Assembly (NCBI RefSeq): GCF_001194135.2
Contig: NC_069003.1
Span: 20,120,049 to 20,184,048 of the forward strand
Direction: 5' to 3'
Source: Octopus bimaculoides
Lineage: Eukaryota
DNA: 64,000 bases
In this document: positions 1 to 11,130 of the stretch, piece after piece
Layout of the letters: every line of letters starts with the position of its first letter
Numbering within the stretch: position 1 is the stretch's first letter
Translations under genes and position numbers: made by a program
Notes under the pieces: generated by a model
Databases searched by the model: none
Seen by the model: the letters and a program-made list of their open reading frames with translations, nothing else
What the model was told of the DNA's origin: nothing

Positions 1-556
1 TTTTAAAAAGCTTTTGCAATGAATTCTTGATACTGTCACAATATTTGAAGAAAGATTTTCTTAAATTAAATTTTTTAAAATTATATAAAATAAATTTAAA
101 AAAACAGAATGATATGACCCTTTGGAAAGGAAATTTTCATATTGTGTCAAGCAGTTTTGCTGTTTACAGTTTTACAAACGTGCAATATTATGGGGTAATT
201 TATATTATTTTATGTTTATGTGTCCTTATCACATGTTGTAAATGGGTGTCACTATCATACAAACAGGGTCATTCGTTTCCAATGTCTGGGGAAACATGTC
301 TGACCATGAAAAATACTACCTTGCTTGGAAACAGGCAAAGGTTGGCAAGAGGAAAAATATTCAGCCATAGGAAATCTGCATCGATAAATTCCACCTGACC
401 CATGCAAGCATGGAAAAGTTGAAGTTAAAAGGACAATGATGATAATGACAATAAACATGCTCTTAACAACAACCATAGTAACCACAGCAATAACATGTCC
501 ATCATCAATACCTGTCCATCATCAATCTAATTTGTTTTTAATGTTTTCTTTTGTAG

Positions 557-658
557 AACAAGGAATGTAATAAAGCCTCCCAACCCAAAATGAGCCGAAC
601 GAAACTTATTGAAGATCCATTCCGGTTAATTCCATGCCAGATGTTCCCAGAAGAAATG
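557..658 (+). CDS. MYSM1: MYSM1 internal coding exon (NKECNKASQPKMSRTKLIEDPFRLIPCQMFPEEM), just upstream of the MPN domain
   Basis: ttttgtag acceptor at 555-556, gtgagt donor at 659; 102 nt, phase 0/0. DPFRLIPCQMF matches the vertebrate MYSM1 DPFQLIPCNFF motif and joins in frame to the 3128 exon. Not in the ORF track. Confidence 0.85.
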
Positions 659-849
659 GTGAGTTTTGTTGATTTATGTTGCTATGTTACCCAGCTTGTG
701 ATGTGGCAGAGTCATTAGAATGTTGGATAAAATGCTATATAGTACTTGTTTCAACTTTCTGTACTCTGAGTTCAAATTCCACTGAGGTCAACTTTGCCTC
801 TCATCCTTTCGGGAGTAAATTGGTGGCATTATTTGAGCATTGGATGAGA

Positions 850-1486
850 TGTCTTGCAGTATCTATGTTGGTGGAATGTCACTGAGACAAGTGGTGAAGT
901 TTAAGTTTTTCAGGGCCATATTCACAAGTGATGGGAGGCATGAGGCTGAATTGGAAGCTAGAATTACTATTGTTGGCACAATAATGTACCAGCTCCGGTA
1001 GTCGATCTTCACAAGAGAAGAGGTTGGTGAAGAACCAAACTCACTAACTTTTTTTCAGTTTTTGCACCTATCATCACCTGTGGTTATGAATGTTTGGTAA
1101 CGCCCAAAAGAGAATGATTGCAAATTCAAGCAGTCAAAATGGAGCACATTTGAAGAATCTCTTAAGTAATATTACTCAAATTATTTACAATTGATGGATA
1201 TTTGTCCTCATCTTGTTTGTTGTTAACCCTAACCCTCCAGCCTTCATCAGGTGTCTTGGGGAAATTTCGAACCAATGTTGTTGTTGTTGTTGTTGTAGTT
1301 GTTGTTGTTGTTGTTGCTGCTGTTGTTGTTGTTATTGTTGTTGTTGTTGTTGTTGTTGTTGTTCAGGTCACTGCCTGGAATCAAACTTGGAATCTTGGGG
1401 TTAGTAGCCTGCGCTCTTAACCACTACGCCATATACCCGTGGTTCAGAGCGCGGGCTACTAACCCCAAGATTCCGAGTTTGATTCC

Positions 1487-1520
<34 letters not shown>

Positions 1521-2000
1521 CATCGAAAAATACCTTAGGAATGAGAACCCAGGTTCAAAAGTTTGTGTTAACAACAAACAAGGTGAGGACAAATATCCGT
1601 CAATTGTAAATAATGTACATAATTCCTCCTCTTTCAAATATAGAACTGTAATATTTCTCAGTTAGATACATAGATCAGGGATCAGGGAGTCTCTTCAGGC
1701 AGAGCCACTACCTCTCTGCATTGAGATGTCACAGTTCCAGTACTATGGATGCATAATTATAATGTCACAAGAATCACAAGACAGATTCTCCAAGCCAAGC
1801 CAACTGGCAGGAGACTTAAAGGTTTATTAAATTGAGATCGTTTTATAATATCTATAGACTCAGTCGGTCACACTTGAGAATCCAGTTGGAAAGTGTTATG
1901 ATGGTTGCTTCTGATGGGACCCTATGGAGGAGGTGTTTGAAGAATCTACACCCATGATCCTCCAGGAAAATTGGGTAGAGAAGATGGATGGATGAATCGA
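850..2000 (+). mobile_element. Decayed RTE-clade (Expander-like) LINE 3' portion, interrupted by the insertion at 1178-1648
   Basis: Broken frames read QVVKFKFFRAIFTSDGRHEAELEARI...APIITCGYECLV, later ...QILQAKPTGRR and DLSRSHLRIQLESVMMVASDGTLWRRCL, ending in (GATG)n. This is a typical RTE RT C-terminus and tail. Confidence 0.65.
1178..1648. mobile_element. ORF-less head-to-head pair of Penelope pLTR-like units with tRNA-like head; about 11-bp TSD
   Basis: Left arm is the reverse complement of the right-arm family sequence seen at 5212-5481. Flanks are taatattactc (1167-1177) and taatatttctc (1649-1659). The element ends in the same ...tagaactg as the 4574-5481 copy. Confidence 0.75.
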
Positions 2001-3127
2001 ACTGATCAAAATTAGAGAAGGAGTAAATTGTTGAATAAAAATTTACTTTTATATCTGACAATGATATGTATTATATCATTGATTTACAAGGCTAATAAGG
2101 TCATTAGTTTGACTAATTTAATTGACAATGTTTGAAATGACACTAGTGCCAGTTGTACCAACCTTTACGCTTTTCATTTTGGACAGCACTGGTTGCAGGG
2201 ATAGGAGAGGCTTGCATACAAGAACAAAGGTCACTGCTAATCTTTCACAAAATGAAAACACCTTTGCTAATGTTTACATAGAAGGCAGCAAGCTGGTAGA
2301 ATCATTAACACACCAAACAAAATGCTGAGCAGTATTTTTTCTGCTCTTTACATTCAGAGTTCAAATCATGCTAAGATCAACTTTGCTTTTCTTCCCTTTG
2401 GGCATCAATAAAATAAAGTATCAATCAAGTACTGTAGTCAATGTAATCAACTTGTCCCATCCCCTCAAAAAGTTGCCAGCCTTGAACTTTGCTACTGACT
2501 AGTATCCTAGTCAGGGGAATGTTGTGATCTCAATCACTTAGACTCCTTGGAAACCATTTAATCAACCTTATGAGCCCCAGGGTTTGAGAGAAAATTAAAA
2601 GAAGAAGCCTATATGTATAGGTTCGGATGTGGCTGTGTGGTAAGAAGCTTGCTTCCCATCCACACAGTTCCAAGTTCAGTTCCGTTACATGGCACTTTGG
2701 GCATGTGTCTTTTACTACAGTCTTGGGCAGCCCGAAGCTTTATGAGTGGATTTGATAGACAGAAACTAAAAGAAGCCTGTCGTGTATGTCTTTGTATGTG
2801 TGTTTGTCCCCTGTTTGACAACCAGTGTTGGTGTGTTTATGTCCCAGTAACTTAACAGTTTGGCAAAGAAAAACAGTAGGATAAGTACCAATTTTTATAA
2901 AAGGTAAGTACTGGGATCAATTTGTTCAACTAAATTTTTTCAAGGCAGCGCTCCAGCATGGCTGCAAACAAGTAAAAGGTAAAAGAAAAAAGATGTATAT
3001 GTGCAGATTCATGATGAAACCTGGCTGAGAGAGGCCCTAGATTAGCCAGGTTAACTACTGAGGCAATTAGATTAAAGTAGAGTGTTTTTACCTAAGGGAT
3101 GCTTCATAATTTCTTTTAATTTTGCAG

Positions 3128-3314
3128 GCTCCTTTACATATAGATATTGAATCCTCTGCTCTAATCACCATGGATGTACATGCCCACATGTTTAAAACAG
3201 AAGTAGTTGGGCTTTTAGGAGGGGAATGTTCTCCTGAAGGCAACCGCATGAAAATAAAAACTGCTATGCCTTGTCGGAGTATAAGTACAGGTATTCAGTG
3301 TGAAATGGATGCAG
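3128..3314 (+). CDS. MYSM1: MYSM1 coding exon, MPN domain N-half (APLHIDIESSALITMDVHAHMFKTEVVGLLGG...PCRSISTGIQCEMDA)
   Basis: tttgcag acceptor at 3126-3127, gtaagt donor at 3315. MDxHAH...EVxGLLGG and STGxQCEMD are characteristic of MYSM1 rather than MPND. Confidence 0.92.
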
Positions 3315-4625
3315 GTAAGTACCTCCTTGCTTTTTTTTTTCTTTTTAATTCCTTAAATTCCTTTTTTCTTCTTTCACTTTTTATTATCACCATTATCATC
3401 TTTTTAACATCCATTTTTCCATGCTTGCATGGGTTGGATGGAATTTAGATGAAGTGTCACCAACCCTCATCTGTTTCTATGTAATATGTAAGCATGTATT
3501 TATGTATGTATGCTTATGTGTGTGTACATGCATGTATCTGTACATGTATGCTTGTGTATATCTGTACATATACATGTGTGTGTATGGCCTAGTAGATCAG
3601 AATGTCATGAGTTATAAAGTTTCTGAGTTCAAATTCAACCTGCCACTATATCACATCCATATGAATAAGATACTTCATGGTGATTTGAGATCATTCGAAT
3701 CAAAATTATAGAGGTAATTATTGAATAAATAATTTTGCTTTCATATCTAATGGTGATGTCAATTATCTAATTATAATCCTATTATCATTGATATAGGATT
3801 ATATCAATATCATATAGGAAGATGTTGGATGAGATGGTGAAAAATGATCTTTGGTTGTTGAGTCCGACAAAGGCAATGACAAGTGACCGAGACTTCTGTT
3901 GATTTGCTTTGCTTGAGAAGACATGTCAAGCTAAGTGAAACTGGCATGCGTTATATGGTTTGTGAAATTGTGGTAGTGGCATGTGCTGGTGACACATAAA
4001 AAGCACCTGTACTGGTGACATCTAAAAGACACCCAGTACGCTCTGTAAAGTGGTTGGTATTAGGAAGGGCATCCAGCAATAGAACTCATACCAAAACAGA
4101 TGACTGGAGCCTTCTACAGCTCTCCAGCTTACCAGCTCCATTCAAAATGTCTAACCCATGCCAGCTTGGAAAACAGACATTAAATAATGATGATGATGAT
4201 GATATTTTAGAAGACCATTTTAATAACGTCATTTGGTTGACTAATTATAGTTTAGGTACTTTCCTATTATCAACAGCCAATTAAAAAAAATATTAAAGGA
4301 TTAATAAATAATATAATATATTCATGAAACAGGTGTAATATTTGATTGGCAAACTTTTGGAATAGCTATCACTTATAAAAGTTTCATTTAATTGTAATAG
4401 ATATATTTTACAAGATTAATGAGGTTAATGAATAATTTAACTGATTATAATCCTATTTTAATTGATGTATTTTACTAGGCTGATAACATCATTAGTTTGA
4501 TTAATTATAATTTGTCATTGATATATTTTGTAAGATTAGTGAAGTATATTATAGCCTGGTTAATTATAAACCTTATTCACATTATTTACAATTGACAGAT
4601 ATTTGTCCTCATCTTGTTTGTTGTT

Positions 4626-4671
4626 AACACAACGTTTCGGCTGATGTACCTTCCAGCCTTCATCAGGTGTC
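4626..4671 (-). ncRNA. Minimal type-I hammerhead ribozyme motif in the Penelope pLTR
   Basis: On - strand: GACAC-CTGATGA-A-GGCTG(gaaggtacat)CAGCC-GAAAC-GTT-GTGTT. Catalytic core, perfect stem II, palindromic AACGTT stem III, and stem I GACAC/GTGTT are all present. Confidence 0.65.
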
Positions 4672-5211
4672 TTGGGGAAATTTCGAACCTGGGTTCTCAT
4701 TCGTAAGGTATTTTTCAATGTTGTTGTTGTTGTTGCTGTTGTTTTTGTCCTCCCATATGACATCAGGACAGTATTCAAAAGTAATACAATACTTCGCAAA
4801 TATCTCCTTCGAGTAAAACCACCAATAAAAGAGAATATGACTAAGAACTGCGTGTACTCCATCCCATGCAGCTGTGGTAGATTATACAAAGGCAAAACAT
4901 GCCGCCCCCTCAAAATAAGGGTAGACTAACATCGCAAAGCTGTGACATGAGGCGATATTGATAAATCGGGTATAGCTGATCATGTATGGGAAAATGGAGA
5001 CCACCTCCCCCTGTGGGATGGAGTTAAAATAATAGACAGAGAACACCACTGGAAAATACGAAAACTGAAAGAAGCAGCACATATGCTAGGACACAACAAC
5101 CTCCTAAACAGACCAAGTACAGACATGAACAGCATATTGGGAACCGGTATTAAGGAAGGATAGAAAAATATTAGATTTATAAGTCCTAAAATTCACTCCA
5201 TAATTGCCCAC

Positions 5212-5285
5212 GGGCATATGGCATAGTGGTTAAGAGCGCAGGCTACTAACCCCAATATTCTGAGTTTGATTCCAGGCAGTGACCT
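5212..5285 (+). other. tRNA-derived Pol III head (A/B boxes) inside the Penelope 3' terminal repeat
   Basis: TGGCATAGTGG (A box) and GAGTTTGATTC (B-box-like), followed by (TAA)n. It does not fold into a complete cloverleaf. Confidence 0.65.
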
Positions 5286-5356
5286 GAGTAATAATAATAA
5301 TAATAACAACAACAAAATACCTTAAGAATGAGAACCCAAGTTTGAAATTTCCCCAA

Positions 5357-5402
5357 GACACCTGATGAAGGCTGGAGGGTATATCAGCTGAAACGTTGTG
5401 TT
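5357..5402 (+). ncRNA. Second hammerhead ribozyme motif in the Penelope pLTR
   Basis: GACAC-CTGATGA-A-GGCTG(gagggtatat)CAGCT-GAAAC-GTT-GTGTT; one C>T change gives a G-U pair closing stem II. Confidence 0.6.
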
Positions 5403-6001
5403 AACAACAAACAAGATGAGGGCAAATATCTGTCAGTTGTAAATAATGTACATAATTCCTCCTCTCTTAGATATAGAACTGAATTATAAACCTATTATAT
5501 ATAATAATAAACGTGAAATTCTGTCTGCACAGAGTGCAGCTTTTTTAAGTTAGTCATTGATATAGTCTAAAAAGTGAAGGCCGATGGCTTAGTGGTGCAC
5601 TCAGGATTGCTAAATTGTTTGAATCACAGTTTCAAATTTCCAGACCAATGATGCATTGTATTCTTCAGCAAAACAATTTCATATTACCCCAGTCCACTCA
5701 GCTGTAAATGGGTAACCTTGTGATGGACTGACATCCCATTCAGAGGAATGTCAGTCTGCCCATCTTGTCAGCAGTATGGCATCATTCAAAAACTACAACA
5801 ATGCTCTGAAGCACATTGAGACCAGCAGTGTATAACAATATCCAGTAGTCTGATTGATAAAGTGATATTTTAAAAAGCTAATTATGTTTATTGAGATTTT
5901 TATAATCTAATTGTCATTGATAAATTTTATAAGTTCGTCTTGAGCGTATGAATGTTATCTTAATTATTTTCTTAATTTCTTTGTCTTTCTGTTTATTTTA
6001 G

Positions 6002-6129
6002 TGTCTCAAACTGAAGTGGGTACCGTCATAACTGAGTTAGGACAGTCTGTAGTTGGATGGTATCATTCACACCCTACATTTGCAGCCAACCCTTCCACTA
6101 GGGATATTGAAAGTCAACTAAAATATCAG
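6002..6129 (+). CDS. MYSM1: MYSM1 coding exon with the JAMM metal-binding motif ([43 protein letters not shown])
   Basis: AG at 6000-6001, gtgaga donor at 6130; phase 1 in, matching the previous exon. Intact H-S-H-P...S-x-x-D JAMM motif. Confidence 0.93.
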
Positions 6130-6622
6130 GTGAGATCACTGGATTTGTTCTTTGTTCTGGGTAGAGGGTAAGCTAGCAGAATTGTTAGAGGGTTAGAAAA
6201 ATGCTTTACAGTATTTCTTCCAGCTCTGTATGTTTTGGTTTCAAATCCTGCTGAAGTTGAATTTGCCTTACAACTGTTTGGGAAGGGTCCCAGTAACATA
6301 GAGTATCAGTGAACCAGTGAAATACTAGGGTTAGTAATATAGACTAACTCATTCCCCTCAAAATCGCTGGCCTTCTGTCTAAATGAGAAACAATTATTAT
6401 TATTATTCAGTAGTCTTATTTTTATCATGTGCTGTCACTACACTACCGAGCACAGCTCTGTGTGCCTTGGGTATGTGCTGTGGTTTGTTGTGATGCTCTT
6501 ATTTTCACTGTATTGAAGTTGTTTTACATAGGATGTGTGTGGGTCCTAGTAGTGCTATTTTCTATAGTAGTGCTATTTTCTATATACTTGTAAGACATCA
6601 TCATCATCACCGCTGCCGCCGC

Positions 6623-6673
<51 letters not shown>

Positions 6674-6895
6674 GGCAGCATGCTGGCAGAATTGTTAGCG
6701 TGCCAGGCAAAATGCTTTGCGACATTTTGTCTGTCCTTAAGTTCAAATTCCTTCCAGGTTTAATAAATCAAGTACCAGTGAAACATTGAGATCAATCTAA
6801 TCTACTCGTCCTCTCCCCCAAAATGGCTGCCCTTGTGGCAAAATTTGAAGCCATTATTATTATTTACATTATTTACATTATTTACATATGCCCAC

Positions 6896-6968
6896 GGGCA
6901 TATGGCATAGTGGTTAAGAGCGCAGGCTACTAACCCCAAGGTTCCGAGTTCGATTCACGGCAGCGACC
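6896..6968 (+). mobile_element. Further copy of the tRNA-like head, running into (TAA)n and a gap
   Basis: GGGCATATGGCATAGTGGTTAAGAGCGC...GAGTTCGATTC with a perfect B box; its start is part of the hairpin catatgccc-ac-gggcatatg. Confidence 0.7.
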
Positions 6969-6977
6969 TGATTAATA

Positions 6978-7019
<42 letters not shown>

Positions 7020-7020
7020 G

Positions 7021-8027
7021 NNNNNNNNNNNNNNNNNNNNNNNNNNNNNNNNNNNNNNNNNNNNNNNNNNNNNNNNNNNNNNNNNNNNNNNNNNNNNNNN
7101 NNNNNNNNNNNNNNNNNNNNNNNNNNNNNNNNNNNNNNNNNNNNNNNNNNNNNNNNNNNNNNNNNNNNNNNNNNNNNNNNNNNNNNNNNNNNNNNNNNNN
7201 NNNNNNNNNNNNNNNNNNNNNNNNNNNNNNNNNNNNNNNNNNNNNNNNNNNNNNNNNNNNNNNNNNNNNNNNNNNNNNNNNNNNNNNNNNNNNNNNNNNN
7301 NNNNNNNNNNNNNNNNNNNNNNNNNNNNNNNNNNNNNNNNNNNNNNNNNNNNNNNNNNNNNNNNNNNNNNNNNNNNNNNNNNNNNNNNNNNNNNNNNNNN
7401 NNNNNNNNNNNNNNNNNNNNNNNNNNNNNNNNNNNNNNNNNNNNNNNNNNNNNNNNNNNNNNNNNNNNNNNNNNNNNNNNNNNNNNNNNNNNNNNNNNNN
7501 NNNNNNNNNNNNNNNNNNNNNNNNNNNNNNNNNNNNNNNNNNNNNNNNNNNNNNNNNNNNNNNNNNNNNNNNNNNNNNNNNNNNNNNNNNNNNNNNNNNN
7601 NNNNNNNNNNNNNNNNNNNNNNNNNNNNNNNNNNNNNNNNNNNNNNNNNNNNNNNNNNNNNNNNNNNNNNNNNNNNNNNNNNNNNNNNNNNNNNNNNNNN
7701 NNNNNNNNNNNNNNNNNNNNNNNNNNNNNNNNNNNNNNNNNNNNNNNNNNNNNNNNNNNNNNNNNNNNNNNNNNNNNNNNNNNNNNNNNNNNNNNNNNNN
7801 NNNNNNNNNNNNNNNNNNNNNNNNNNNNNNNNNNNNNNNNNNNNNNNNNNNNNNNNNNNNNNNNNNNNNNNNNNNNNNNNNNNNNNNNNNNNNNNNNNNN
7901 NNNNNNNNNNNNNNNNNNNNNNNNNNNNNNNNNNNNNNNNNNNNNNNNNNNNNNNNNNNNNNNNNNNNNNNNNNNNNNNNNNNNNNNNNNNNNNNNNNNN
8001 NNNNNNNNNNNNNNNNTATATATATAC
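7021..8027. other. Assembly gap (largest of several N runs; others at 40632-41083, 48182-48921, 52989-53816)
   Basis: Runs of N. All X-rich ORFs in the track are artefacts of these gaps. Confidence 1.
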
Positions 8028-8306
8028 ATATATATATATATATATAGAAATGATACAACAGGCTTCTTTCAGTTTCCTTCTACAAGATCCTCTCCCAAGG
8101 CTTTGCTCATCTTGTGGCTATAGTTCAAAGCACTCGCCCAAGGTGCTAAGCTGTGGGTCTGAAACTGAGATGACATAGTTGGGAAGCATGCTGCTCAGAT
8201 ATGCCTGCACCCATATATGAATAGTGATACGCAGTGCTTGAGAAAACCCATCCATCTCAGTAGATTTGAGGTTCTTGCAAGCATTCTCCCACAACTCACC
8301 TAATAC

Positions 8307-8396
8307 CCAGTCTTCCATCAGTCACCCAGTCTTTCATCAGTCACCCAGTCTTCCATCAGTCAACCAGTCTTCCATCAGTCAACCAGTCTTCCATCA
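8307..8396. repeat. 19-bp tandem repeat, about 4.7 copies (ccagtcttccatcagtcam)
   Basis: Directly visible tandem units. Confidence 0.9.
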
Positions 8397-9075
8397 TGTT
8401 ACCCTTTTCCTTCACTTCCTCTCCTGATATTCTCTGCATCTAACTCATTCCCTGTCTCTAATCATTTGTCACACTATTCACAGTCAGTGCACTTACACAT
8501 CCACCACCCACCTTTTCTGTTTTTGTGTCCTATGCTCCCTATCTCTCTCCCCACACTCCAGATGGGCAAGCCGTGTATTCACCTCTTCAGTGTCTTGTGA
8601 GTACTTGGTGATCTCACCAGTGTTGGAGCCATGTAAAAAGCACCCGATACATTCTGTGAAGAGCTTGGCATTAGGAAGGGTATCCAGCTGTAGAAGCCAT
8701 GCCAGTGCACACATTAGAACTTGGTGCAGCCCTCAAGCTCATCTGTTCATGTCAAACTGTCCAACCCATGCCAGCATAGAAAAAGAGATGTCAAATTATG
8801 ATGGACCCAGTTAAATGACTGAAGTATGTAAAAGAATAAAAGAATATATATATCTATCTATCTATATATATNNNNNNNNNNGAAATGACAAAAGAATAAC
8901 CAATTATGGTTATGAACTTCATTAACTCACTACTGTCTCTGCTATAAGATGCAGTGAACTCTGATATAAATACAATGACCTCGTAGTGCAGTTGATGGAA
9001 CAGTTGTAACTATACTCAGTTGTGTTTAAAACTGACAAAGGATGTATTTTTTACTTTTATACCAATCTATTACAG

Positions 9076-9242
9076 ATGTGCCTTTCAAACATACATACCA
9101 AGAACTGAATAACGTTTTGGACATGGAGAAATGTCTGGACATCATAGAGCAACTATTGTCTGACCAACATTCACAAATGGAGAATAAAATTGACCTCAAG
9201 AAACTCTACGACCATTCTACAGAAGTCACCTGTCTTTCAAAG
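9076..9242 (+). CDS. MYSM1: MYSM1 penultimate coding exon (DVPFKHTYQELNNVLDMEKCLDIIEQLLS...DHSTEVTCLSK)
   Basis: tacag acceptor, gttagt donor at 9243; phase 1 in, phase 0 out. Aligns by eye to the MYSM1 C-terminal region LPYKFEVQ...DSDLTCLQK. Confidence 0.75.
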
Positions 9243-9373
9243 GTTAGTCTTTTCCTCTCATTATTTTCCAGCTTCATCATATTCTCACAATTCCTATCAA
9301 TTCCTTTTCTCAATGGTTTCTTCTTTTTCAGCTCCTCCTCCTCCTCCTTGCTGTTGTTTTCCTTCTCTTAGAC

Positions 9374-9619
9374 CAATGGTTCTCAACCATTTTTTTAACC
9401 TATGGACCCCTTTGATTCTTATTTTACGTGGCTGGACCCACATAACCATTCCATATTTGAAAATCCTATTATATTTTTTTAGAAATTGTATGAAAAATTG
9501 TTAAAATATTTCATGCATTGTAGAAGTATAAGCAAATTATTGAGCATAAACTTGAACCACAAAATTTCATATGGACCCCCCCCCCCCCGGCCCATATCGA
9601 CCTCACCTGAGAACCACTG
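9374..9619. mobile_element. hAT-type MITE
   Basis: TIRs caatggttctc...gagaaccactg; 8-bp TSD tcttagac/tcttagat. Confidence 0.75.
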
Positions 9620-10859
9620 TCTTAGATTCTCTCTCTCCCCTCCCTCTTTTTCCTCTCACATCTCCCCATTCATAATTACTTTACTCTTCATTAGTCCAGT
9701 AGTTTACATCTCATCTAATTACAAAGCCCCATCCCTTACAAAATTAATTCCTTTACTTTGGTGCTAACTGTTTAACAATAAATGTTTTTATTCTTTTATT
9801 GTTCTTTAATTATTGTTGGTTAACCCAGATCAGCTGTAATCAATCAAACTTATGATCCAAGGTGTTCCAGTGAGGGCCTATAAGAAAGGTGTTTAGCCAG
9901 TATGTTGGCCTGGAGGAGGCCAAAGAGCCAAGGAAAGGACCCATGAATATCTGGTGGGCCTCTCTCCCTAAAAAAAAAGCTCCTCACAGCCTCCTTGAAT
10001 TTTGAGGGGAGCTTCTCTCTCCTAGGTCTTGAATATAGTCCTGTTCCATTTTGCCAGATTTCTTTCAGAAATTCTTGTTCCTGTCATGACTATCTCTCCT
10101 TTTCAGTCTTATTTAGGACTGCAATATCTAATGTGTCCTCTTGTTTAAGATGGTAGGGTATGATTTAATGGAGAATTGACCGATATTTCAAGTATGTTGA
10201 ATAATTACATAGAGGATCTCCATTATTGGCTCAATGTGCTTACACTTTAAGGCACCTCCTATGCTGGAAGGTACCTATGTATTAAAAAGTACACGTGTGC
10301 TGGAAGGTACCTTTGTGATGGAAAATCATTGTGCTGGGAGACACCTCTGTGCTGGATATTAGGGTCTTGATACAGTCCTCTGACTTGCTAGCTTCTGTCA
10401 AACTGTCCAACCCATACCAGCATGGAAAACAGATGATCTTAAATGGTGATGAGGAAGATGATGACAACGACAACGACGACCATCATCATCATCATCATCA
10501 TCATCATCATTATTATTATTATTTAACATCCATTCTCTATACACACACATATTAATGCAAACATGTATGTATAATTTCTTGCATACTGAAAATAATATAA
10601 CATAGAGAAGGTTGTGAAACAGCTCTAATTCTATGGAAATCATATGGCTAAATAAATCTATATTTCACTTCTCACATCTCCTGACTTTATACTTATATAT
10701 ATATGTATGTGTATATGTATGTATGTATGTGTATATGTATGTATGTATGTGTGTGTGTGTATGTATGTATTTATTAAAGGGAAAAGGAAAACAAAACCAA
10801 AGCAGAGCGAGTTTTTCAGGTCATTTAGAGTATTCAATTAGAGTAATGTCAGTGTGCAC

Positions 10860-11130
10860 ACATGACAGAGTGTAAGCGCCCTGAGAGAAATGTTGGACAT
10901 AAGAAGCATCAGATGTGGTGTGCAAGAGAGACGACTGCTCTTATGGTCATGTGCTGCGTATTGATGAGGAGCGCTGTGTGAAAAGGTGTCACTCCCTAAC
11001 AGGAAGACATGGGATGAGGTAGTGAAGCATGACCTTCGAACGTTGGGTCTCACAGAGGCAATGATGAAAGACTGAAACCTCTGGAGATATGCTGCCATTG
11101 AGAAGACCCGGCAAGTAAAGTGAGATCACA
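10860..11130 (+). mobile_element. RTE-type LINE 3' tail fragment
   Basis: Reads RKTWDEVVKHDLRTLGLTEAMMKD*NLWRYAAIEKTRQVK*, a typical RTE C-terminus. Confidence 0.6.

Larger units (their letters stand above)
4574..5481 (+). mobile_element. 5'-truncated Penelope-like element: GIY-YIG endonuclease fragment flanked by an inverted partial pLTR; 12-bp TSD
   Basis: NCVYSIPCSCGRLYKGKTCRPLKIRV*HRK...IADHVWENGDH...RKLKEA (GIY-YIG). 4574-4735 is inverted relative to about 5305-5450. TSD aattataaacct at 4562-4573 and 5482-5493. Confidence 0.85.

Noticed and set aside
1202-1637. Poly-V/L/C/T/H ORFs here and at 26925-27265, 39982-40450, 43867-44238, 54419-55345, 62152-62919
   Set aside because: Translations of (TTG)n, (CA)n, (TA)n, (CT)n and compound microsatellites; no splice or homology support.
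3128-6129. Alternative identity as MPND or another JAMM protein (CSN5, RPN11, BRCC36)
   Set aside because: DPFxLIPC upstream and STGxQCEMD-VSQT in the domain match MYSM1; MPND lacks these.
6896-6968. Possible tRNA gene
   Set aside because: A and B boxes are present, but acceptor and anticodon stems do not pair, and the sequence recurs as part of a repeat family.
6914-8058. Long ORFs of 160-580 aa in the track (also at 40557-41135, 48090-49042, 52098-53986)
   Set aside because: They are open only because they run through N gaps. Only the flanking LINE-derived parts of 52098-53986 are real.
8307-8396. 19-bp direct repeats as a CRISPR-like array
   Set aside because: The units are contiguous with no unique spacers, and the context is a eukaryotic intron.
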